64,000 nucleotides of DNA. It comes from Oopsacas minuta (lineage: Eukaryota > Animalia > Porifera). The notes beneath the pieces are model-generated. The model was not told where the DNA came from. It saw only the letters and a list, made by a program, of their open reading frames with translations, and searched no databases. Positions 50,901 through 61,900 of this stretch are shown here, one piece after another. The position numbers and the translations under genes were made by a program. The stretch is from assembly GCA_024704765.1 (NCBI GenBank), contig JAKMXF010000310.1, positions 1-64,000 of the forward strand, in the 5' to 3' direction. Position 1 is the first letter of the stretch. Each line of letters opens with the position of its first letter.

Positions 50901-53900
50901 TTGCTACTGCATACTGCCAGCGATATTTTGCTATGAAATTTTCATGGATCCCAAAGAAATTCATCATCTCGGATTATAGAAAATGTATTCTTGGAGAAAG
51001 GTATATATAGAAATATGGGGCGCATGCATTAGCTCAAATTTCAGATGTTTGCGTTAGTCTTAATAGGAAAATCGGCATTAGTCCAAATTTTTGGTGATCG
51101 AATGCATGCATTCACGGGGAAATTTCGTCGCGAGGAATATTGTCAATTACTTTTGTTGTTTTTTAATCTAAATACTCTCAGCAACTCGCAGCCTGCTCCA
51201 GATCCAGCTCGAATCCAATCAAACACCACACCAGTTATCCAAATAGTCTACTGGCATGCTCATCTTCTCAGCTCAAGCCAATCTAGCTTGATATTCCTGT
51301 CAAAATCCAATTCTAGCACCTTCCAACGTGAGTTCTAAATACTCTCAGTAACTCACAGCCTGCTCCAGATCCAACTCACGCAAACATCACCAAAATTGGG
51401 ACTAATGCCGGATTTGATATTTGGACTAATGCATACATCTGAAACTTGGACTAATGCATACATACGAATTTGGACTAATGACGTGACCCCAGAAATATCT
51501 CACGAATGTATCATACAGTTACTGTTTAGAAGGGTACTGTTGTTTTCATAATTACGAAGGGTTTAGGAATTGAAAAACATGTAAAGTTGTAAACCCTAGG
51601 CAGACTTCCCAGATTCGGTACACACTATTGCACCGAACCACCGATCCATTTTCTATACTGATAAATACACTATACGGAACCTCAGAAATGCTATACAAGT
51701 GGTTTACCGTACAGACACTGTTGGTACTTGTATGGCAGGTAAACCTCAGAGATGCAGCATCATTAGGATTAACCACTAACTAGTGCTTCGCTTGCTAGGT
51801 CACTGCGCGACAGCTTAGGACCTAAGGTTAGCTTAAGTATTAAACAACTACATTTCTTGATGCTTTTGGTCGCTACGCGGCCGGATATACTCGGCACTAC
51901 ATGCCTCACGGATAATTTTATGTCGAAATATTAATTTTTTTTATTATCCATGGTCCATCCAAATTCCATTTAATGGCCTTTTGTGGTAATTTTCCAGCAG
52001 TTTCAACACAACAACATTGTACTGGGGTAGTCGAGTATGCTGATTCCGAATATGATATTGTAAACAACATATTGTGAATATTTGTTTACTTTTAGGTACA
52101 TAAAGTAAGCAGATTTATAGATTATGGCAGCGCCATGTTTGCTACGATTAAGATTATATGTTTATGTATTCGAGGGCCGTAGGCTCGAGTGCGGACACGA
52201 AATGTTCGCAACTGCGTAGCGCGAGCAAGCGAAGCGCGCTAGTATTATTTATCAGTTCTTTTCAGAATGTAATTATTCGAAATATATACAGTCAAACTTG
52301 TCAATAACGGCTACCGTAGTGACTAGGAGGGACTAGACATGCACGGAAGAACACTTATGCTTGCCAGTTCTTTATTCAGCAACGAAACTGTATCATCTTT
52401 TGAATGGGTATTTAGAGTTTGTAAGAGCTTTTCATACACCCCAAGGTTCTGTTTATTGATGGAGATCAGCATGAATTGACTCAGATCGTTATGTGAAATG
52501 CACCACTAGTTTAAAATATTTCCATGTCCTCCCTTAAACCCACTGGGTTTTTCGTTCATACAAACTCTGCAACCATTTCATTGCAGATTCTAAATCTAAT
52601 CCCCAATGTGTCCGTTATTGGGAGACTACAGTAAATCAAAAAACAGATATTTATGATTTGTTAAATCATAAATATCACTCTCCATCCAGTATACTATTAG
52701 GTGATGATAAAGTTGAATATCCATGGTACTATAATACAGTGCCTTAAAATATCATACAACATACCATAGCATGCCTACCTATACAGCTACACATTTAACA
52801 AACTCACCGGGATAATGTTAACAGAGTTTCCTAACTTCTTCAGGAACACTATATCAATATTCCTTAAACAGTGTCCTGTAGGAGGTAGGAAGTACACACA
52901 GCAATGAACTCTGGTATCCGGAATAACCGATTTTCTAACTACAGCAACCTCCTCATTCAGATAATGTTCATACTGATCATTAATAAACTCTAGAATAGGT
53001 TTACAGCATTTTGTATTGTTTACTTGATCTCCAAACCCTGGAGTGTCTGTCAATGTCAATTTAAGTTTAACACCTTCCTCTTCAATGAGATGACAAACAG
53101 AGTTTATTTGTACAGTGGGAGGTATCTGTAGGGGTACAGGGAGACAGCTCTGTCTGCTTAGCTAGAGAATAAATAAATATTTATTTAACATGTACCTTAA
53201 ACTCCTGGGATTACGAAGTGACCCCCTATAGCCTGAGAGTAATTGATTTTACTCTGCTTCTAAGGAAAGGAAAACTGAGGTCACGACCACTTTGTTATAA
53301 CGAGAATTTACTGTATATCATATATGCGATATATAGCGTATTTCCCTGAATATTTAATCTATTAAACTTGATTGTTGTCGTTGTGAATAACCCACATTCA
53401 GTTCACTAAATGTGTTTCTAAATATATTATGAATGTCAAAAAATCGAACGATGCATAAAGACAAAGTTGGCTTTCAACACCTATAGTGGATGTAAGATAT
53501 TAGAATTATTCTGACCTACAAAAAATCGAGACATCTCGGCAATTTGTTATTTTCGATAGGAAATGGACTCAATATAACCCATGTCCCAAAAGTCGGAACG
53601 TTTTCTGAACAGTATACAACTGCAAGTAGCAATTCAAAGAAGCTAATTACTTATGTAAACAAGAAGAAGACATACTTGTCCTTTGAATATTGTATTAACG
53701 AGTGTAGACTTCCCTAACCCGCTCTCTCCTACTACCATAACATTAAACTCAAACCCTTTCCTCATGATCCTCCTCTTCAACTGATCAGGTAGTGTCTCTA
53801 TTCCTATGTGAGATTGTAGAGGAGTTTTAAGGAATCCCCATCTAGTAGTAGTAGCCATATGTTCTGCCATAACATCCATGTAATCTGCAAACGTGACTAC

Positions 53901-54406
53901 TCCCTCATCCTCTCTGCTCTCTAGCTTTCCTTTTATTACAGCAAGCTCAGTAGTGCTCAACTAAAACAACAGTACGTATGTAAATATTCGGAATAGATGC
54001 TTTCAGTAATTATCGATAAGTAATTGATATAAATTCCAATGATCGCTGGATGAAGGTTTTCAAATATTCATTCCTGAATCTGAATAAGAAGCCAAGTCCG
54101 GATTATACCATGGTGCATATTTTCACTTAGAATTTTCAATGTATGGTAAATTTGATGTGTTTTGATGTAATAATATAGCACCGTAGTTATTCAGAGATTT
54201 ACGGTAGTTGCCGTTGTTCCCAAAACCGAAAATAAGTATCAAAGCATATACGGTATTCAACTAACTTCGTGTCCTAACACTTCAGCACACAACTGCAGAG
54301 CTGACATGACGTCAATCTTCCCATTTTCTTCGGTATCAAACTTGTGAAATGATTTAGCCAGTACATCGCACTGAGCTTGTGTTAGAATGAAATTGCTATG
54401 TGACAT
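47916..54406 (-). CDS. SEPT3/SEPT9-group septin with an N-terminal calmodulin-like EF-hand pair; 5 exons (54406-54266, 53960-53676, 53161-52808, 49025-48828, 48125-47916), 395 aa
   Basis: G1 GESGLGKST, G3 DTPGFGD, IPDTRVHCCVYF, G4 VIAKGD, PFAVIGS and septin unique element KWGLVEVENPDHCDF...HYEAYR. No C-terminal coiled coil, as expected for the SEPT3 group. All junctions are phase 0 GT-AG. Confidence 0.9.
48147..48248. mobile_element. Tc1/mariner (pogo-like) MITE, 102 bp, in the last septin intron
   Basis: TA|CAGTAGAACCTCGTTAATACG ... CGTATTAACGAGGTTTCACTG|TA. Near-perfect 21-bp TIRs and a TA TSD. Confidence 0.92.
49886..50821 (+). CDS. SLC25A42: Mitochondrial coenzyme A transporter, intronless, 311 aa, nested antisense in septin intron 3
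   Basis: Three carrier repeats PLDRAK, PLDIAR and PLDIVR. Diagnostic [20 protein letters not shown] and [21 protein letters not shown]. Confidence 0.93.
   Translation: [311 protein letters not shown]
51017..51490. mobile_element. Foldback MITE with GGGG...CCCC termini and 8-bp TSD (superfamily uncertain; Merlin- or Mutator-like)
   Basis: Perfect TSD AGAAATAT at 51009-51016 and 51491-51498. About 80-bp imperfect inverted arms rich in ATTAGTCC/GGACTAAT. An internal direct repeat of about 45 bp (AAATACTCTCAG.AACTC.CAGCCTGCTCCAGATCCA) occurs near 51170 and 51338. Confidence 0.85.
51779..52243. repeat. Inverted pair of Helitron/Helentron-like ends
   Basis: ACTAGTGCTTCGCTTGC at 51779 mirrors GCAAGCGAAGCGCGCTAGT ending at 52243. 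A related sequence (CGAGTG...CACnAAATGTT.GCAA...AGCGAAGCG) occurs at about 46446-46520. Confidence 0.45.
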
Positions 54407-54791
54407 CTCTTCCTTACAAATAGGGAATAGAATAGAATACAGGAGCGGCGGAAGGTATTAAGTGGTGATCAAGCCATTGGCTTGATCTATTTTAAACTGG
54501 TCAGTTCCTACCATAGAGTTTAATAGGCCAAAGCCAAAAGTGGTCATGTCATGGTCTGACTAGCCTGACCATTTGCGGCAGCCCCTGGCATACAGTGAGC
54601 TTCCTGAAGTGAACTGTTATTTTATTACCCATATATTTATGTTAAGAGGATCTGCTTTGTTACATTTGGATATTCAGTTTGGTAATATCAATCTTAACAT
54701 ATAAATCCAACTTAATATATACTTCAAATTAATACAACAGATAGTTATAGCAGATAATTATTACATAGTACATACAAGTGATCGGGTAGTA

Positions 54792-57700
54792 TCAAAATGA
54801 TTGTAGTAGAGCAGCAGCAACATCAGCTGGCTGTCCTATCTTCCTGATCTCTTCACGGATTGCTTGTACTAAATAGTCGTCCTGTTTTACCTCCTCCCCC
54901 AGATCCAATAGCCCCCTCTCTGCCTCCTCACGAACAGAGTCCTCAGTATCTGATCCTAGTGCTTCAATAAGAGCATTCACAATATCCTCTTTTAATTGTG
55001 GGTAATTACTAGCTGAGAATTGCATAGCTAGCTTAGATAGAGTTTTGAGAGCAGATATTCTCACTACGGTAACTCTGTCATATCTACCTCCCCATAACAG
55101 GTGTGATACAATCAGATGGGGAGAGGACACTGACCCACTCAGCTGAGAGAGAGAATTAATAGACTCTAGCTTTATCTTCCAATTATCATCTCTCAACATT
55201 TCTATCAGTGTATCAAGAATCTATAATAGACAGTAGTATTATAATAACTGATTGCATGGTTTCTCAAACTCTCATGAGCTTTTGCAATACTTTGTATGAA
55301 ATTATATTTCATGACTTCACCCAACTCGATTTCGTGGCCAGCTTTAGTCATGTTTTTTGGTTAAGTTTGTTCAAAATGGCCATGTATATGTAATATCAAC
55401 TTGATCAAAATAAGATGTAAAATATCTCTGTGGAGGTTGAGACACCCTGCTATATAGTATAGTATAAGATTACATAACTTACATCATCATCTCTGATTTG
55501 TAGCTCTGCTATCAACTTTATACAGCTGATTCGTATAGAGGTAACACTATCTTCTAAACAAGAGAGAAGACCAGGGATAAGAAGATGAGTAGGAGGCTTC
55601 AGCTTACGAATCTTGTGCAGAGCATCTAATCGTAGATCTTCATTTTCTAGATCTGTGAGTTTCGCACGTATCTGATCATTAACAATTTTACCATTCCCTG
55701 ACAGACCCAGTGCACGAGCTGCTGCTTCTCTCACCTTAGAATGCCAGTCATACCACATCACATGGACGAGTCTATCCTGGAGATCTCTCTTGGGTCCCTT
55801 ATGAATGAGAGGCACCAGGGAGCATCCTGCTATCTGTATTATTATATAAATAAGATTAATGTTGATAAATTGAGCGTAGTGTTATAGTAATACCTTCTGT
55901 TTCCAGTGTCTCCCAGTAATTAGATCACCTGCTATAGCGTGTACTACCACAGAGTGAGGACTGAGTTTAGCTAGAAGTGTGAGACCTCTGGATCTCTCTC
56001 TAGAGGAGTCTGAGACTAATCGTAAGGATAGTTCCGTCAAAACATTAGCATCTGGTAGCAGCATACAGGCTAGGGCCTGACAACTCAACCAACGTTCTTG
56101 TGTGTCTACTGAAGTAATTCCTTCTAACAAAACCTTCTTAATCACTGAGTTATCTTCTGGTAGAGAAAAAGATAGGACAGTAGCAGCTGTGATACGTACC
56201 TAATATGGAATATACTAATACAACGGCTACTATAGAGGATACCAGAGTAAATTATTGGTACATATGAGTCACAGATAAATATTTCTACTTCCTTATTAGA
56301 TAGTGAGTCATTTCTTATGTACCTCAGGACCTGTATGAGGGGAGATCGGACCGGATAATAGGGATAGGCAAAATTTCGAACACACTTGAAAGGTCGATAA
56401 TGCTCTAAATGTCAAATCCAAATAAATAAATAATGTTCTACAATCTACATGTTTAAATATGGTAACACTAAATCTACTTGGATCCTATTCAAATTTTACA
56501 TGATCAGAAATAGTGTATAGTGAACAGAGAATTAGAAAACGATGTGTGTTTTAAAACTAAGGTCGCAATTGATGCACCCTAGTGATATTAATGTCATGTA
56601 ATGTTTAAATCCGTATCCTGTGAAAAATCTCACATCCGTTCTATCCCTACAGATTACCCTGTTAATCTCATCTGTTAGGAGTCTATACAACTGCTCCTCT
56701 ATTTGAGGATGTAACTCCAGTTTATTATTTTCCTGAGGTTGTATATTCGTTTCAGATTCTTGTTGAGTCCTCAGAGCAGAGAGACCAGACAAAGCAGCTC
56801 CTTGTAGTCTCGCCAGCTGATTAACACTACCCAACTGTTGTAGAATATCAGACTGTGTTACTCCAGACACCTGAGTGGGTAGGTTCCACTTCTGGAGCCA
56901 TTCTTCTATAATCCTTGATATCTTAAATTGCTTATCTTCCTCCAAGAAGAACTCATTATCTAATATGTAATCGTGTAGTACTCTAACTCTTACAATAAAG
57001 CACGTTTGACAAATATAATATACAGCAATAGATTTGTATTACCTTGAGTATTCTCTGTAGCATCAGTAGTAGAGGTGTAGTTATCTATTTTCTTGTTAGC
57101 AAGAGACATAGCAATTGATCTCTTCTGCTCCTCTCTCTCCTCCTCCAACTCTCTCGTTTCGTTAGCAGTCAACCAGCCCTCACTTCTGATGTTCTTCTGA
57201 GGACGAGGCCAGCCTTGCCATCTCCGTTGTCCATATGTTCTAGCATGTAGCTTACCCACTCTAGCTGTAGAATCATGTGGTTGGTACTGTCTAGCTGGAT
57301 GTATTGGTTCAAGGACTTTATCGAACTTCAATCCGTTCTCAAGTAAAATCTCATCCTCTGTGATAGTGCTTTGAGGCTGGAATACAGGCTTATGTCCCAT
57401 CTTCCATTCCGTGTAGAACTCAGGAACCTGACCGGCACGAGAGTTACGAGCTGTAGGAGATGTGAGAGAGATAGAAGTATCAGGACTCAATCGGGATGAG
57501 CTATCACTCTTCCAGTAAATTGTCTACAAGGTGACTTTACAATCAGTGTAATGAATAATAAATTAATGTATTTTTGCAGTCAAATGTGTTTCAATCAAGA
57601 TGCGGCTTAACTGAGTCATACAGTAACATTATACAATACATAATCATCTAAATAAAAGTCAGTTACACGCTTGCTAAGTTGCTAACCTGAATGAAGAATA

Positions 57701-58779
57701 GCAGGACAATCACCCATCATACGTACATGATGCAATACTGTTGCATCCAAACGGACACGGTACAACAGGCAACATAGTAGAACATACCGTCTTTCTCTGA
57801 ATAAGCGCCGGGGGTAGCGTCACCTGAAATAGAAAATAACATTAATTTCTAGACCTGAAAAAGCGCCCCGGTGCTTATTCATGGGAATACGATATTCTAT
57901 CTTCTATGTAGGATGTTACATGGTGTGAAGTGACTTTAGGTTTTTAAAGGAACATAATACTGAATATTGTAGATACGTATTAGGTTTTCAGAAGTATATC
58001 TGTAGAAGAGTAGATACCGTATATGCTAACAAGTCAGTATCCTATAATAGACTAAGGTGCTCAGACAACAAAGTTCCGGAAAGCAAGAATCATCATTCAT
58101 GATTGTTGCAGTTGAGGGAGCTTTGTATCATCATAGCAACTATACCATAATACAAGTTCATTTCTCTCACTAAATTCTATATTACATGTGGGTGATTGTT
58201 ATTAACCTGGTTCCAGTAAGTATAGACAGACATATACGCTCTCAGCAAAACCCAAAGTATACTATTACTCTCAATTGAGTTCCTATTTTCATCACCAAAT
58301 GCTGGCAGCAAACTCACCTCAAAATTATCAACAGCAGAAGATATTTTATTATTCCAATCAACTGAAGGATCCATAGGAATAGAGTGTACACTGAAATTAG
58401 ACTTCTTGGACATAACCCTTTGAATCCCAGCTGATTTCATACTCACATCATTTCTCTTAACTATGGGAGGGAGGGTCAGCTCTTGTGTGGAGGTGGGAGG
58501 CTCCAAGTGACACACATGTTGTTTTGCTGTCACAGATTTACGAAATTGTGCAGTCCGCTTTTGAATCCGATTAGGAATCAAAAGATTTTCTAAGCTATCA
58601 AACTGATAATGATCCTCCCATGAAATAAACCCCCTATTTGTGCTCTGAGGAGATGACTCGAATAGAGCAGCAGCATTCTCAGAGAATTCTAAATTGTTAC
58701 TCAAGTATTGAAACTCTTTACTACCCCTCTCAGAAGATATAAAATGTTGAGTTGTTTCTATATTTGGATCTCTCAGCAT
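54792..58779 (-). CDS. HEATR4: HEAT repeat-containing protein 4 homologue; multi-exon (about 7-8 exons, some junctions unresolved)
   Basis: RLVHVMWYDWHSKVREAAARALG, LLSCLEDSVTSIRISC...LQIRDDD and MLRDDNWKIK...HLLWG match the HEATR4 C-terminal HEAT block. Upstream exons 58779-about 58207, 57523-about 57042 and from 56959 join in phase. Confidence 0.75.
57787..57892. mobile_element. TA-flanked Tc1/mariner MITE in HEATR4 intron 1
   Basis: TA|CCGTCTTTCTCTGAATAAGCGCCGGGG ... CCCCGGTGCTTATTCATGGGAATACGA|TA. Confidence 0.8.
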
Positions 58780-58986
58780 ATCCTAGCTAGAATATTATAG
58801 CAAAAATATTTCTATACAAGATTTGTTCTAGTATTAATAGTCGAGGCTATTAAACTAATTGATTAAGGTACCATATAACCTTAATTAATTAATTTGAATG
58901 AATAGATTAAAATAGATTGGTCTTATCAGAGAATATACTTATATTTACATCTGAATTGAATGTAACAAAGTAAAGAGAATACATAA

Positions 58987-61900
58987 TTACACTTCCTCTA
59001 TTCCAGACTCATTGATTGGTACAAAGTATCTATCCTCTATCAACAAGAGGAGTATTGTTTTGTCTAGATAGCTACGCTGTTTGGAGTCTCTATGGAATGG
59101 TCTCCAGACATGCATGACTTTACCTTCCATACCCTCCTCAGGGTTCCATTGCTTCCAGGTACCCCGATTAGCTTTAGCCTTATAAACTGGGTCAGGCCAT
59201 TGTACTAGATTAGTCATGTTAGAGTGTGTAACGGATACATCAGTTATTCTCACGTGTCTACTCAGCAAGTGGTGAGGCTTGAAGGGATCTTCAAAATCAC
59301 TGTCTGAATCTGTAGCAAATGGATCTACATAGTCAGTGACATTTGTAACATAAGTCCTATCAATGTAGCTATCAGGACTCCCATGAGATAGATTGTCACC
59401 AGAGGTCTCCGGCTTTGATCTCGGGTCTCCTGGAGATAGGACGTTCCCATCAGTAGAGGACTTAACCTTACTAGCAATTTTCCTTATTTTCGTATACAAG
59501 AATTGCACAATAGCAACAGGGTTAATCAGTCCACCAGTAACTGCATTAAACGTAGAATTCATATTAACATAAGAAGTGAGTAGCGGAGACACGTATATAG
59601 GATAGCCTATGGGCTGATCCATGGAGGAGTTGACTAGATTACGAGCTACACATCTGAGGTTCTGAATAGAAGCTCGCTCAGCCAGATCCTGCTGGAAGTA
59701 TACCTGTTCTTGCTGCTGACTAGCCCACAGGCCCCTGATCACCTCCTGGTTCATTTTTATAAGTCTCATCTGTAAATACCGTGTATTTAGCCTGACGAAC
59801 TGGTACAACTTGTTATTGTCATGGGGCGTGTACCTTAGGGTGAAGAGAGAGGGACGATCAGACACAACAGCTCTGATCCATTGAGGATCACCTTCATGTG
59901 CTATAACGATATCACGCTCTGTAGTGATGATGTCATGATAGAGAGCTCGGGAGTCTAACCCCTCATCAGTAGTAAGATAGTGATCTTGTTGTAGTTTGAG
60001 AGCTATCTTGAGTGCAGGAGATATAACTCTACGTAGAATATCCATGTCTGCGAATATCCATTCATCCTTAGGACAGTTGATACGGTAATCTCCCTTGAAT
60101 AGTGCGTATACTCCATGCAGGAATGAAATATTCCACATAGAACTGAATGGAGTATCTACATTCTGCTGGGTAGCATTACCTAGTACACGTCTACCCGCGA
60201 GGGACAGAGCCCAACCAAACACTGATACTACCTTCAAATCAACTTCAATACAACCTCGCTTCTCTAAACAGTATCTAAGCCATTCTCCATACTGGTCGTT
60301 GAATCGTGCTAGGGTTACTGCACCTAATCGCTTGTCAAAGTCAATATCACAATGATCCAGGAAGTAAGGGTGGGGATCAGAATATCCATCTTCTCCAAGA
60401 TTAGCAATATCTGCCTGCATAGACTGGTTTCCTATCCAGGAGGAGAACATAGGACACTTTATCATATAGTATAACATGGATTTAACGAATAGTGTGTTAT
60501 AGATACGGAAAGCATCATGTGTATTGAAAATGTAACTAGCATCATTTTCAATCTTAGAATACCCACGTAGCACAAACGAAGTGTTGATTATCTCCCATCC
60601 AGACCAGCGACTACTGCAATATGCATTAAAACAAAACACATGCTTGTTATCGTAAGGAGGACATGAACACCTGCAGCACCTCTTGCAACAACAGCAACGC
60701 TCATCATCAATATCAAATCCGTCATTCATAGATCTTACTTCCATGTTATGGCAATAAGTTCCCTTCAATTCACATCCACGTAACTGAAATGTTACAAATC
60801 CATTTCCAATCTCTATAATGTGTACAAAGGCCGTTATATGGTCACTGTCTCTAATAACTATGAAGAAGTCTCCAGTCTTCACAAGACCCCATCTCCCCAT
60901 CTGGATCTCACCCGCCAGTACCCTCTGTAGGGAGTGAGCTAGATGGTCATAGAATATACTGTCCATGTGCTCAGCGTTAGGACCCCGACGCATGCCCAAT
61001 ACACTTGATAGACGCCCCACTGTGTTATCAAAGTGACGTGTACGGTATGATTTCTCCCAGAACTTGACAGGCCTGACGTATGACAGTAGGAATAGAGAGC
61101 TAGCTATAAACGGACTGAGAGGAGCTGATGCTACTGCTGCTAATACTGCTTGTAAGAATATGAATCCCGGATGAGGAATAAGGAGAGGTTGAATAATAAA
61201 ATGAGTTATTCCACCCCAGGGCATGTTCCAAGGAGCTTGATATATAAATAGGAAATGCAGCTTATATTTCAACTCAAATACTTTAGCTACTAAGAAGGAT
61301 AGCACGTAATAGTCCAGTAGGAATCCGTTAGATAGTTGAGGGTAGTCAAATTGGAAGAATAGATACGTGAATAGCAAGTATATGTACTGAATTCCTGTCT
61401 CACAGTAAGCATTCCTAATTACCTTCATGGCTGCTATGGAGAGTACTATACCAGCTCCTATGTTACCAAAAGTACTCTGTAATGGATAAGCACTATTTAC
61501 CATTGCCTCTAAAAATACGAGAGGGTATAGTATAAATCGCTCAGTTATCTCAAGCCAAACGTGTACACGTTCAAACCACATAATCTTAGCATCTTTCCTA
61601 ACCTCGTGGTCTAACGAGTACTCCTTACTTCTGAGGAGAGGGTTTCTCAGTAACATCCAAGGGTGTTTCTTGCGTAATTGAGGTATGACGTAATGAGTTA
61701 ATACACCCACTAAAATAGTGAGTGTACGTAGTACATGAGATATCACACGGTTTTTATCAAATGTAAATACTGTAGTAGCTGCTATTGCGAATATAGCTAG
61801 AAACAGCAGTATGGCAATAACTAGATCATTGACGAGTCTACAACGGACTGATCGTCTAATGAGAGGAGGTACCGGGTCCTGTATCTCCAAATCGTCACGA

